A DNA stretch of 63,781 nucleotides, counting the filler, from Acetivibrio sp. (GTDB lineage Bacteria; Bacillota; Clostridia; Acetivibrionales; Acetivibrionaceae): the NCBI RefSeq assembly GCF_035371925.1. It is 3 parts of 3 records of this genome, joined end to end, with 100 filler letters (N's around TTAATTAATTAA, not from the genome) between each part and the next. Parts side by side here need not be neighbours in the genome. Positions count along the whole stretch, not along the records: positions 1 to 24,286 come from NZ_DAORXT010000040.1; positions 24,387 to 48,232 come from NZ_DAORXT010000041.1; 1 more part is not named here. One strand, given 5' to 3'. This document shows, one piece after another, positions 20,444 through 29,855 of the stretch. The notes under the pieces were generated by a model that searched no databases, was not told the DNA's origin, and saw nothing but the letters and a program-made list of their open reading frames with translations. Both the position numbers and the translations under genes were made by a program. Position 1 is the first letter of the stretch; each line of letters starts with the position of its first letter.

Positions 20444-21571
20444 TTACTTCCTTTCCCTATTAATCGCTTGTTCGTAAAATTTCATCAATTTGCTTAATTC
20501 TTTGTGAAGGTTAAATCCTGCTTTAGTTAATTCATCTTTCTTATCATCACGATAATAAGAATTATAAATATCTATAACAGTTTTTGCCCACTTTTCAGGA
20601 CTATCATTCAAACTTAAATAACACGTTTCAGGCAGCAGTTTTGCCTCAGCCGTTATTGTATTGGAAAAAATACAAGGAACGCCTTCTGCCTGTGCTTCTA
20701 CCGCTGTAAGTGGAAACCCCTCATATAACGAAGGCATTAAAAAAATGTCCATAGCTTGTAATAAATCTGCAACATCAGACCTATAACCAAGAAAGTATGT
20801 ACTGTTGCCTATAGATAAAATATTGGCTTTTTGAAGTAATTGTTCTTTTAGAGAACCGTCACCAATTAAATATAATTTTGCGCGCGAATCCAATTTCAGT
20901 ATTTCAGCAAAGATTTCCAGTAAAAAATCATGATTTTTTTGCTTTTCTAATCTTCCTATGCTACATATAGCAAGATTATTATCAACTCCCAAATTTTCTC
21001 GTATCTCTGCACGCTTTTCAGGATCAAATTTAAACTTACATAGATCTACAGCATTATGAATAATATGGACCTTGTCAGTACTGCCAAACAACCATTTACC
21101 CGCTAAATCAGAACATGCAAAATAGTAATTGGCATATCTTTTTAGCAATCTTTTCATTCTGTTGCCAATAAACAGTTTTATTGGATTTTGAGTCTGAAAT
21201 CCCGTATTATGAGAATGTGCTATTCGTACAGGAATCTTATATTTCTGAGCACACTTTAAAATATAAAAATTTTTACTGGATGAATGTAAATGAACAATAT
21301 CAAAATCATTATGCTGAGCAAAAAAGTTGTCAATTGCCTTTTTATACTTAATATAATCAAGTGGCTTGCTTACCCATATGTTTGATAATTTATATAATTT
21401 AACTCCTAAATTTATAAATTTCTCTTCCAAAGGATATGTTTTTCCATCATCTAATAATAATAGTGATACCTCATTATTTGATAAATCCATATTTGAAATA
21501 AAATTATATAAAAATGTTTGAATACCACCGTGGAGCAATCTATCTACAAAATATAATATTCTCATTTCCAT
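20444..21571 (-). CDS. GT4 glycosyltransferase (EpsF-like)
   Basis: GGIQTF, IAHSHN, ACSDLAGKWLF, GRLEKQKNH, PSLYEGFPLTAVEAQA. Confidence 0.92.
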   Translation of the reverse strand: MEMRILYFVDRLLHGGIQTFLYNFISNMDLSNNEVSLLLLDDGKTYPLEEKFINLGVKLYKLSNIWVSKPLDYIKYKKAIDNFFAQHNDFDIVHLHSSSKNFYILKCAQKYKIPVRIAHSHNTGFQTQNPIKLFIGNRMKRLLKRYANYYFACSDLAGKWLFGSTDKVHIIHNAVDLCKFKFDPEKRAEIRENLGVDNNLAICSIGRLEKQKNHDFLLEIFAEILKLDSRAKLYLIGDGSLKEQLLQKANILSIGNSTYFLGYRSDVADLLQAMDIFLMPSLYEGFPLTAVEAQAEGVPCIFSNTITAEAKLLPETCYLSLNDSPEKWAKTVIDIYNSYYRDDKKDELTKAGFNLHKELSKLMKFYEQAINRERK

Positions 21572-21644
21572 CCCTTTTTATTACTTATTTTAGTTCTTCA
21601 TTGCTGTATTTCTTATAGAAGTAACTTCAATTTTAATTAAAATA

Positions 21645-22844
21645 TTAATTCCTTTTTAACACTTTCTTTGCCAGTCTCTTAATGGTCTGATATATACCAA
21701 GCTTAATACAGCTGATTCTTATTAAATACTCAGCTTTTACACGCAACGTACTCGGAAAATAGAATTCAAAAAATTCTTTATTACTCATTCGGTTTGCATC
21801 CTCAAAAAATTGCTTCCTACGAGGATTTAATTGCACTGATTTAACCAATTCCCTAACGCCTTTTACTGCAAAATCCGGATCAACCTCAACCACTACGCAT
21901 TTTTCACTAATTGCCTGCAATAATTTATTGCCCTTTTCAGTGTGAACTAATGCTCTAGTCACACCTTTATTATTATCAAGACTTTTTGAAAATTTGAATA
22001 CATCAAAGCAGTCCCAGATAGTAATATCACATACTCTATATCGCTTCTTAAACTGGCAATTATAGCAGCTTGGCCTATCACTTAAATCTGAAAAAAATGC
22101 TCTCAAATACGGATCTGACTCTACTCCAAAATGTAGCTTTCTGCCATTCCTTAACTTAATAGTCATTTGAGAGTATTCATATCCATAGTACTCCTTATCA
22201 CGAAAAGCCACTTCCTCCAATAAGTTCATATTTTCAGAAGTACGAAATTGTTTATATTTTTCCCAAATTAAAGGTGAAGGTACTGCATGGCATACTACAT
22301 CAACAGTAATTAAATTAGTGTAATCTTTTCTTAGAAATCTTTTTAAGCCTTCAATCTGACAAGGAGTTCCACTATACAATACCTTTCTTCCAGCATCTAA
22401 ATGCACTTTCGCTTCTAAAAATGTTTTCTCTATTCTACTTTGAACATATTTACTATTTCTGAATTTGCATAATTCATCAGGATTTTGTATCCCTTGATGT
22501 ACTACCTCAAATGAACTATTAAAAGCAGCACCATAAACAACACCGTTTTCTTTTAGTATATATTCAGCTAATGCAGAAAAAGCTCCTCCAGAAGTGCTTT
22601 CACTGAGTACTTTAGGATCTTTATTCTGTATTAGGTACGCTTTCTGTGAAAAAGGTTTTTCAATTTCATTGTTTAATATTGGACATACTTGTTCGCAAAG
22701 ACTACATTCAACACATTCATTCATATTAACATTCGGATACAAGAAACCTTCATTATCAGGATGCATTGTAATGCAATTTTTAGGACATATATTGTCACAA
22801 GCTGAACAGCCACAACATTTTTCTTTTTCTTTAATATTTATCAT
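21645..22844 (-). CDS. FrhB/FdhB-family protein with N-terminal 2x[4Fe-4S] ferredoxin domain
   Basis: CCGCSACDNICP and CVECSLCEQVCP, STSGGAF, SKYVQS, GTPCQI, VCHAVPSP, RPSCYNC, DITIWD. Confidence 0.85.
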   Translation of the reverse strand: MINIKEKEKCCGCSACDNICPKNCITMHPDNEGFLYPNVNMNECVECSLCEQVCPILNNEIEKPFSQKAYLIQNKDPKVLSESTSGGAFSALAEYILKENGVVYGAAFNSSFEVVHQGIQNPDELCKFRNSKYVQSRIEKTFLEAKVHLDAGRKVLYSGTPCQIEGLKRFLRKDYTNLITVDVVCHAVPSPLIWEKYKQFRTSENMNLLEEVAFRDKEYYGYEYSQMTIKLRNGRKLHFGVESDPYLRAFFSDLSDRPSCYNCQFKKRYRVCDITIWDCFDVFKFSKSLDNNKGVTRALVHTEKGNKLLQAISEKCVVVEVDPDFAVKGVRELVKSVQLNPRRKQFFEDANRMSNKEFFEFYFPSTLRVKAEYLIRISCIKLGIYQTIKRLAKKVLKRN

Positions 22845-22850
22845 GAAAAT

Positions 22851-24026
22851 CTACTCCAAGCCTTCCAATGCTCTATATAAAAATTTCTTTGATTCTTCTA
22901 CGAAAATCTTCAATCTACTTTCAACAAGCGAATAATCAATATTCTCATTCATTTGCTCTTCAACTGATTCGTTTCCTTCTAAAATTCTTGATTTAATATC
23001 TAACACTTCTAACAATGAATCAATTCGACTATTTGTAGACATAGTTGATTTCGTCCTAAAACGTCTAAAAGTAAAAAACGTTTTACGGTTCAAAATTGAA
23101 AAAACTGTTCCATGAAATGAATCAGTACAAACAAATTCTGCATTACGTATTAAATTAATAAAATCACTGGGTCCTACATCGTATGGAGCTTCATCGGCAA
23201 ATCCATTATCACTCCTAATATAGGCATCTAGTTGTTGTAAAGCAACTATTTTACATCCAGTCTTGTCTTTCAACTCTTTTGCGAAAGCACGAGGATAAGG
23301 ATTGCTTCCCAAAAAATAGCAGAATATATACTTACCCTTGATAAAAGGCTCTTCGGATTGAATACTTTTCCATTCATCAGCCGAAAGTAACAGAGTTGGG
23401 TCACATACAACAGGAACATCCATACCCGTTAAATCTTTAATTAATTTCTGTCCTGATTTTTCTCTAACCGATAAATAATCAATTCTTGGTAAAAAATTTT
23501 TTGCAGATTCTTGGGCCTTTTTTGGCAGTGAAGAAACTCCAAAACTAGTGGCATATGCAATTTTACGTATATCACTTGGAACAAAATTTAGTGTGTAATA
23601 ATCTGCTGCAATATTAGAAGGTAACCATAATTGATCACTACCTACTAAAAAAGCTGAATAATTATATGCTTGAGCTCCCAATTCAGATTTTGATGAATAA
23701 ACTTTTGACAATCGAAATCTTTCTCTGGCAAATTTATCAAATTGCTTTTTTCTGATTGATATATTATTACCTAATGTGTTTTTATAAATTTTTTTTGCTA
23801 TAGCTAATTTAATAAATCCCCATTTATCTTTAAATACATCTGGTGATAACATCCTACTCCTAAAATATTTCAGTTTTGCCTTTTTAATTTCTCCTGCAAA
23901 CCCATCAATACAAATTGTCTCATTAGGAATATTCCAATTATCCAAAATCTGTTGAGTTGCATATGCTTGAAGCATGCTTCCGTAATTCGGCTGGAAATAA
24001 CATGTTACTAATGCAACCTTCTTCAT
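22851..24026 (-). CDS. Polysaccharide pyruvyl transferase family protein (2)
   Basis: NYGSMLQAYA, GSDQLW, YATSFG, LSVRE, CDPTLLL, TDSFHGTVFS. Confidence 0.9.
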   Translation of the reverse strand: MKKVALVTCYFQPNYGSMLQAYATQQILDNWNIPNETICIDGFAGEIKKAKLKYFRSRMLSPDVFKDKWGFIKLAIAKKIYKNTLGNNISIRKKQFDKFARERFRLSKVYSSKSELGAQAYNYSAFLVGSDQLWLPSNIAADYYTLNFVPSDIRKIAYATSFGVSSLPKKAQESAKNFLPRIDYLSVREKSGQKLIKDLTGMDVPVVCDPTLLLSADEWKSIQSEEPFIKGKYIFCYFLGSNPYPRAFAKELKDKTGCKIVALQQLDAYIRSDNGFADEAPYDVGPSDFINLIRNAEFVCTDSFHGTVFSILNRKTFFTFRRFRTKSTMSTNSRIDSLLEVLDIKSRILEGNESVEEQMNENIDYSLVESRLKIFVEESKKFLYRALEGLE

Positions 24027-24119
24027 TTTGTTCTCCTCTCAGAATTTATAGTTCATCTTTGTCTATACATAAATAATTAAAAAACTGCTAATAATACGCT
24101 TTATTTTATTAACAACAAA

Positions 24120-24286
24120 TTACATTTGCATAGACTTCTTATAGATACTAATATATTTTTGAGCCATTTCTTTTGTGTTATATTCTGTCATAATATCATT
24201 AAATGCATTTTCAACTAATTTTGCATTTTTTATCATATCACTTTGAATAGCTTCTACGAACGAATTAATATTATTACAGACATAAC
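24120..24286 (-). CDS. C-terminal fragment of a probable GT4 glycosyltransferase, truncated by contig end
   Basis: Manual translation ...NSFVEAIQSDMIKNAKLVENAFNDIMTEYNTKEMAQKYISIYKKSMQM*; ending typical of GT-B enzymes. Confidence 0.55.
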
Positions 24287-24386
24287 NNNNNNNNNNNNNN
24301 NNNNNNNNNNNNNNNNNNNNNNNNNNNNNNTTAATTAATTAANNNNNNNNNNNNNNNNNNNNNNNNNNNNNNNNNNNNNNNNNNNN
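24287..24386. other. Artificial contig linker (N44-TTAATTAATTAA-N44)
   Basis: Six-frame-stop spacer within Ns. Confidence 0.97.
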
Positions 24387-24415
24387 TATATTATTTTTCG
24401 GGAGGTTCAAAACAC

Positions 24416-25300
24416 ATGAGTAATGCATCAAATACACATATAAATTTGGAAAGCGGAAGGCTAAACGTTCAAATTGCCCACCCGGGCTCAATATACAACG
24501 GTTCCCGTTTCGACTGGACCGCTTTTATTACCAAAATAGTATTGGACAACAAATACTCCTTTTGCGTACCCGAGTCCGAAATTCCCGGCCAAGGCTCCGG
24601 CGGTTTCGGATTGTGCAATGAATTTGGAATAACCACTCCCATAGGCTACGATGAGGCAAAACCTAAAGAAAAGTTTCCAAAGCTCGGAACCGGTCTTTTG
24701 ACCCGTCCCGATGAGTCGGATTACTTCTTCTTTGACAAATATGAAGTTGACCCTTTTCCCGTCAAGATTTCAAAGGATTCCAATAGCGTGGTGTTTGAAG
24801 TTGAGCCTGTGGATTGCAACGGCTATGCCGTCAAAATGACTAAAACCGTCTCATTGAAAGACAATGTGCTTACCATCGACTATCGTCTCGAAAACGTGGG
24901 GATTAAGCACATAAAAACCGAGGAGTATTGCCACAATTTCTTTTCCGTAAACAACAACAGAATTGGGGACGGGTTTGTGTTAAAATTCCCTTATGACATT
25001 AGTCCCAAAGAAATCCCTGAAGTCATGAACATAAAGGACAACGAAATTCGTTGGAACTTTGTGCCCAAAGGAGATTTTTACTGCCAGATAGAAGGTTTTA
25101 AATCCGTAAAGCAGCATTATTGGGAGCTTATATACGAGCCTGAAAGAGTGGGCATTAAGGAATACAGTGATTTTGAAATTGCGAAAGTTGCCGTATGGGG
25201 TACCACCCATGTTGTAAGTCCGGAAGTATTTATAAATGTAGATATTGCTCCGGGTAAAACCCAGGAATGGAGAAGACAATATGAGTTCTTTACTTTCTGA
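24416..25300 (+). CDS. Hypothetical protein, possibly galactose-mutarotase-like beta-sandwich
   Basis: 294-aa ORF with GGAGG RBS; LTIDYRLEN and YCHNFF resemble aldose-epimerase-like proteins (weak). Confidence 0.6.
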   Translation: MSNASNTHINLESGRLNVQIAHPGSIYNGSRFDWTAFITKIVLDNKYSFCVPESEIPGQGSGGFGLCNEFGITTPIGYDEAKPKEKFPKLGTGLLTRPDESDYFFFDKYEVDPFPVKISKDSNSVVFEVEPVDCNGYAVKMTKTVSLKDNVLTIDYRLENVGIKHIKTEEYCHNFFSVNNNRIGDGFVLKFPYDISPKEIPEVMNIKDNEIRWNFVPKGDFYCQIEGFKSVKQHYWELIYEPERVGIKEYSDFEIAKVAVWGTTHVVSPEVFINVDIAPGKTQEWRRQYEFFTF

Positions 25301-25321
25301 TATAATTGGATTTTGTCTACT

Positions 25322-25358
25322 AAAAAAGCGGGGTAAGCTTTGAACTCTCCCGCTTTTT
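25322..25358. terminator. Bidirectional terminator between the hypothetical gene and glnS
   Basis: AAAAAAGCGGG...CCCGCTTTTT. Confidence 0.75.
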
Positions 25359-25389
25359 ATTATTCTTTTACGTCCTCGCCATTATTTCT

Positions 25390-27120
25390 TTAGTCTTTAT
25401 TTGCTATCTTCGCCCAAGTATCCTTTAGAGTTACCGTTCTGTTAAATACCAAAGAGCCTTGCTTTGAATCCCCGGAATCTACGCAGAAATAACCCAAACG
25501 GAGGAACTGGAACATATCTCCGGGTTTTGCATTGGCAAGTCCCGGCTCCAACTTGCACGACTTTAATACTTCCAGAGAATTCGGATTTAACTGCTCAATA
25601 AAGTCAACATTTTCGTCGGCACCGGGATTGGGCACAGTAAACAAATGGTCATACAGACGTACCTCAGCATCAACGGCATGGTCTGCCGAAACCCAGTGAA
25701 TAGTACCCTTTACCTTGCGTCCGTCGGGAGCATTTCCTCCCCGGGATTCGGGATCATAAGTACAGTGTACTTCTATTATTTCTCCAGTCTTGTCATCCTT
25801 TACAACATCCACGCATTTTACTATATAAGCACCTTTGAGTCTGACTTCCTGTCCGGGGGCCAGGCGGAAATATTTCTTTGGCGGATTTTCGCAAAAGTCA
25901 TCCTTCTCAATATAAAGAACCCTTGAAAAAGGCACTTTCCTTGTTCCCGAATTGGGGTCTTCGGGATTGTTTTGAACCTCAAACTCCTCAATCTCTCCCT
26001 CAGGATAGTTGTCTATGACAAGCTTTAAGGGCCTTAGTACCGCCATTACCCTTTGGGCTTTTTCATTAAGCTCTTCCCTGATGCAATGTTCAAGGAGCGA
26101 AATATCAACTGTGCTGTTGCTCTTGGCAACTCCTATACGGGCACAGAAATTCCTTATAGACGAAGGAGTATATCCACGCCTTCTTAAACCCGATATTGTA
26201 GGCATTCTTGGGTCATCCCATCCTCTAACATGCCCTTCCTGCACAAGTTTTAACAGCTTTCGCTTGCTCATTACTGTATAGTTTAAATTCAAACGGGCAA
26301 ACTCAATCTGACGGGTCTTGCACTCCATATCGAGAGTCTCTATAAACCAGTTGTACAACGGCCTGTGGTCCTCAAACTCCAGTGTACAGATAGAGTGGGT
26401 TATACCCTCCAAGGAGTCGGATATGGGGTGGGCAAAATCATACATCGGATAAATGCACCACTTATCCCCGGACCTGTGATGAGGTGCCTTTATAATTCTA
26501 TAAATTACAGGGTCCCTCATATTGAGGTTGGGAGATGCCATATCTATTTTGGCTCGCAATACTCTTGTGCCTTCTTCAAATTCACCATTTTTCATTCTCA
26601 TAAACAAATCTAGGTTTTCTTCAACACTTCTGTTGCGATATGGACTTTCCTTGCCGGGCTCGGTCAAGGTTCCCCTGTATTGTCTTATTTCATCGGCACT
26701 TAAATCGCAAACATAAGCCTTTCCCATCTTAATCAGCTGAATTGCGTACTCATACAACTTGTCAAAATAATCGGATGCATAGTACAATCTGTCGTCCCAG
26801 TCAAACCCAAGCCACTTAACATCGGCTTTAATGGATTCAACATATTCGGTGTCTTCCTTCGAAGGATTGGTATCGTCAAACCTCAGATTGCACAAACCGC
26901 CATTTTGCTCTGCAATTCCAAAATTAAGGCAAATTGACTTAGCATGCCCTATGTGAAGATAACCGTTAGGTTCCGGCGGAAACCTTGTATGCACTCTTTT
27001 GCCGTATCTATTCGTTTCGTTGTCCTCATCAATAATATCCTGAATAAAGTTTGAATATATTTTCCCAGCTTCTTCTGTTGTATTTAATTCATTTGCTATG
27101 CCATCAACTTGAGCGTCCAT
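25390..27120 (-). CDS. glnS: Glutamine--tRNA ligase
   Basis: [14 protein letters not shown] (HIGH), [20 protein letters not shown]; start ATG 27120 behind GGAGG. Confidence 0.95.
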   Translation of the reverse strand: MDAQVDGIANELNTTEEAGKIYSNFIQDIIDEDNETNRYGKRVHTRFPPEPNGYLHIGHAKSICLNFGIAEQNGGLCNLRFDDTNPSKEDTEYVESIKADVKWLGFDWDDRLYYASDYFDKLYEYAIQLIKMGKAYVCDLSADEIRQYRGTLTEPGKESPYRNRSVEENLDLFMRMKNGEFEEGTRVLRAKIDMASPNLNMRDPVIYRIIKAPHHRSGDKWCIYPMYDFAHPISDSLEGITHSICTLEFEDHRPLYNWFIETLDMECKTRQIEFARLNLNYTVMSKRKLLKLVQEGHVRGWDDPRMPTISGLRRRGYTPSSIRNFCARIGVAKSNSTVDISLLEHCIREELNEKAQRVMAVLRPLKLVIDNYPEGEIEEFEVQNNPEDPNSGTRKVPFSRVLYIEKDDFCENPPKKYFRLAPGQEVRLKGAYIVKCVDVVKDDKTGEIIEVHCTYDPESRGGNAPDGRKVKGTIHWVSADHAVDAEVRLYDHLFTVPNPGADENVDFIEQLNPNSLEVLKSCKLEPGLANAKPGDMFQFLRLGYFCVDSGDSKQGSLVFNRTVTLKDTWAKIANKD

Positions 27121-27520
27121 TCCCTTGTTCCTCCTTGTCAGTTTTAAAATACTGCACATATGACTTTATGTAATAAATGTTTGTTAATAATATAAACAAT
27201 TATAAAATATATTATTATATTATATAACATAATGGGATTCATTCAACATGTTTTTATTACAATCAACCAAATTCGACCTTGTTCTTTCTTCTATTTTAAA
27301 TTATGCAATCCTTTTTAGCAACATCATTTATATAGCACAACTTATACGTTTCTTTTTCTTTTAGGTAAAATTTGTTTTTCTTAGCTTTTCAAATCCATAG
27401 AATTCTCAACTTTGAACTAAAAACTCATAAATTCTGCATCACAATTAATTATTCCCAAGCATTAAAACCGTCAAACTACGCAAAATACTAACAAACTAAA
27501 TAACTATGGAGGTCATTGTT

Positions 27521-27694
27521 ATGAAAATTCGCGAAGGAATGATACCGACAATCCTCGGAACTGTAGTTACTGCAACTGGATTGTCCTTAAAACCGCTTTC
27601 ATCCAAAATTTCTTGGGGCATAACCGGTTTTGGACTTGCCCACATAGTCTTAGGTACAATCGACCTTATAGAACACCGCAAAGAACAAGTATAA
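27521..27694 (+). CDS. Small hydrophobic clostridial protein (57 aa)
   Basis: GGAGG RBS at 27508, MKIREGMIPTILGTVVTATG...GFGLAHIVLGTIDL, two hydrophobic segments, own terminator. Confidence 0.75.
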   Translation: MKIREGMIPTILGTVVTATGLSLKPLSSKISWGITGFGLAHIVLGTIDLIEHRKEQV

Positions 27695-27704
27695 AAATAG
27701 ATGC

Positions 27705-27739
27705 AAATAGACAGGGAAGTATAAAACCCTGTCTATTTT
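27705..27739. terminator. Bidirectional terminator
   Basis: AAATAGACAGGG-10 nt-CCCTGTCTATTT. Confidence 0.8.
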
Positions 27740-27752
27740 GTTATATTTACTC

Positions 27753-28742
27753 TTACAACAAACTTCTTCTGAGTTCTTCGGCAGATTTTGGCGAAAGATA
27801 TGCCGGAGGAATATCAAAAACCGTTTTCGCTCCAACAACGCCTTCCTTGTTTAATCTGTAAGCAGCCCTGGCATATGCAAGCAAAGTATTGGCTGTAAAA
27901 TCCGGATTGGAGTCCAATTTCAAACTATATTCTATAGTATGCTTGTTTTCATTATCCACACCGGTCTTGCCTGTCCTTATTGAAAATCCGCCATGGGGAA
28001 TTCCGCTGTGTTTTTCTTTTAATTCTTCTGCCGTAATAAAATGCACAATTGTATTGTAATCTGCAAAATAATCGGGCATAGTTTTAATTTCTCTTTCGAT
28101 TCTTTCTTTATCCGCTCCTTCTTCTGCCACAACAAAACATTCCCTGATGTGCTTGTCTCTAGTTGTAAGCTCGGGGTTGTCCCCTTTTCTTACCAATTCA
28201 ATGGCGCTCTCAACCGGAATGGTATACTGCCTTGCATCCAACACACCCTTAACTCTTCTTATAGCATCGGAATGACCCTGGCTTACGCCCTTGCCCCAAA
28301 AAGTATAGGTTTTTCCTTCAGGCAGAATAACCTCTCCAAACAAGCGGCTTAGCGAGAACATTCCTGGGTCCCATCCGCAGGCTATGACAGCAATCTTTTT
28401 TGACTGTTTTGCCTTCTCATCCACAGATTCAAAATATTCCTGAATTTTATTATGGGTATCAAATCCGTCCACAATATTAAACATTGCCGCAAATTCCGGT
28501 CCCTGCACCGGCAAATCCGCCATACTTCCGCTGCAAAGCAGCATAACATCTATTTCATCTGTCATATTTTTTGCACTGTCAATAGAATAAACTTTTACTC
28601 CTTCCGTCAATGGTTTTATCGAATCCGGATTCCTTCTTGTGAATATGCCCACAAGCTCCATATCCTTGTTCTGTCTTATCCCTATCTCGGCACTTTTTCC
28701 CAAATTGCCGTAACCCACAATACCTATCCGTATCTTTTCCAA
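27753..28742 (-). CDS. ddh: meso-Diaminopimelate D-dehydrogenase
   Basis: GYGNLG, VDGFDTH, GWDPG, WGKGVSQGHSDAIRR, HGG, SNPDFT; TTG start 28742 behind GGGAGG. Confidence 0.93.
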   Translation of the reverse strand: MEKIRIGIVGYGNLGKSAEIGIRQNKDMELVGIFTRRNPDSIKPLTEGVKVYSIDSAKNMTDEIDVMLLCSGSMADLPVQGPEFAAMFNIVDGFDTHNKIQEYFESVDEKAKQSKKIAVIACGWDPGMFSLSRLFGEVILPEGKTYTFWGKGVSQGHSDAIRRVKGVLDARQYTIPVESAIELVRKGDNPELTTRDKHIRECFVVAEEGADKERIEREIKTMPDYFADYNTIVHFITAEELKEKHSGIPHGGFSIRTGKTGVDNENKHTIEYSLKLDSNPDFTANTLLAYARAAYRLNKEGVVGAKTVFDIPPAYLSPKSAEELRRSLL

Positions 28743-28873
28743 AGTGATTCCTCCCATTCATTCAAGCAAATATCTCATAAAAATTATTGCGTTATGTATT
28801 TTATCATATTATGGCCAATTCTACATCAATTGAATAAAGATTTTTATATATTTTTTTATTATGAATATAAACT

Positions 28874-28904
28874 AAATAAGGAAGCCCAGACGGCTTCCTT
28901 ATTT
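28874..28904. terminator. Terminator after the CsxC-like gene
   Basis: Perfect 13-bp stem AAATAAGGAAGCC/GGCTTCCTTATTT. Confidence 0.8.
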
Positions 28905-28918
28905 AATCGTTGGAAATT

Positions 28919-29710
28919 CTATTTGTCACATACAGGAATTTCCTTATGACCTCCTATTTCTTTGCCCGGTATATTAACTTGCTGCTTTTGCAAAAGCTTC
29001 AATCTTATAAATACTACCATCTTTTCAATAATTTTGTCGAAAATAAATTCTTCTTTGCCAACACATCCAAGACCCTTAGGATCTTTCAAAATATCATCTT
29101 CAAAAATTTTCACTTCTTCAAGTTCACAAAATACTTTTTCATTGAAGCACTCAACGTGTACAAAGCCCATTTCACAGGGATCACTGCCGATAATCTCTTG
29201 TCCGCAGAACTCTTTGCCTTTTATATTGTCAGTAAAGGAAGCTATTTCTTTTGCAGGACCTGTTTCGCAAATTACCGGAGGAACATCGAATATGATTTTG
29301 GTTACGCATCTAAACGGCACCTTTACTGTTGTATGCTTTATCTTTCCGCTTATTCCGCCTTTTGCATCATTAATGCAGTCAGCAGTAGCATATTCAATAT
29401 TTTTTCTTACGTAGCCGCTTAAAAACAGTTTTCCGGTTTTCTTTTCCTTGTATCCGTAATCAAATCCTGTGTCAATTAGTTTACACTGGGTAATAAACAC
29501 GTTCTTTTTGATTCTTTTGATTTCAAGGGCCGGCTCTTCCAACTGAATAACTGACTCCACATCAACCTGTATAACGGGCTCGGCAAGAACTACAGGTATT
29601 TTCCCAACTAAGGGTCCGTTAAACCCCTTTGGAGTCAAGAATTCGTTTGGGCATTCAGAAAGAGTTTCCGACTTAATTACTCCAGCTTTACAAGTGTACT
29701 CTTTGTCCAT
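28919..29710 (-). CDS. CsxC-family spore/exosporium protein (1)
   Basis: KIPVVLAE, IKRIKKNVFITQCKL, KLFLSGYVRKNIEYA, VPFRCVT, NEKVFCELEE, LLQKQQV; Cys-rich. Confidence 0.7.
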   Translation of the reverse strand: MDKEYTCKAGVIKSETLSECPNEFLTPKGFNGPLVGKIPVVLAEPVIQVDVESVIQLEEPALEIKRIKKNVFITQCKLIDTGFDYGYKEKKTGKLFLSGYVRKNIEYATADCINDAKGGISGKIKHTTVKVPFRCVTKIIFDVPPVICETGPAKEIASFTDNIKGKEFCGQEIIGSDPCEMGFVHVECFNEKVFCELEEVKIFEDDILKDPKGLGCVGKEEFIFDKIIEKMVVFIRLKLLQKQQVNIPGKEIGGHKEIPVCDK

Positions 29711-29767
29711 TTCACTACCTCCTAAAACATTGATTGGTTTAAGTGATATTTTTATATCTTCTACTAC

Positions 29768-29797
29768 TAATATATGAAAGAGTACACTTAAATGTGT
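29768..29797 (-). promoter_or_regulatory. sigmaK-like promoter
   Basis: Minus strand ACAC-17 bp-CATATATTA, matching mACm-N16/17-CATAnnnTA. Confidence 0.55.
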
Positions 29798-29855
29798 TAT
29801 GTAAACCTTAATGTCTCTCGTGGAAATCTTTGTAATATCATAACTTTATATCAGA

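Noticed and set aside
21645..22844. F420-reducing hydrogenase / methanogenesis gene
   Set aside because: No hydrogenase subunits or F420 genes nearby; context is polysaccharide biosynthesis.
24331..24342. TTAATTAATTAA palindrome (also 48277-48288)
   Set aside because: Synthetic six-frame-stop linker inside Ns.
24286..24416. Linking the hypothetical gene at 24416 to the EPS locus, or rimO to the rRNA operon
   Set aside because: The adjacency is created by artificial contig joins.
27121..27300. T-box leader for glnS
   Set aside because: No T-box consensus or antiterminator; a plausible sigmaA promoter lies only about 100 nt upstream.
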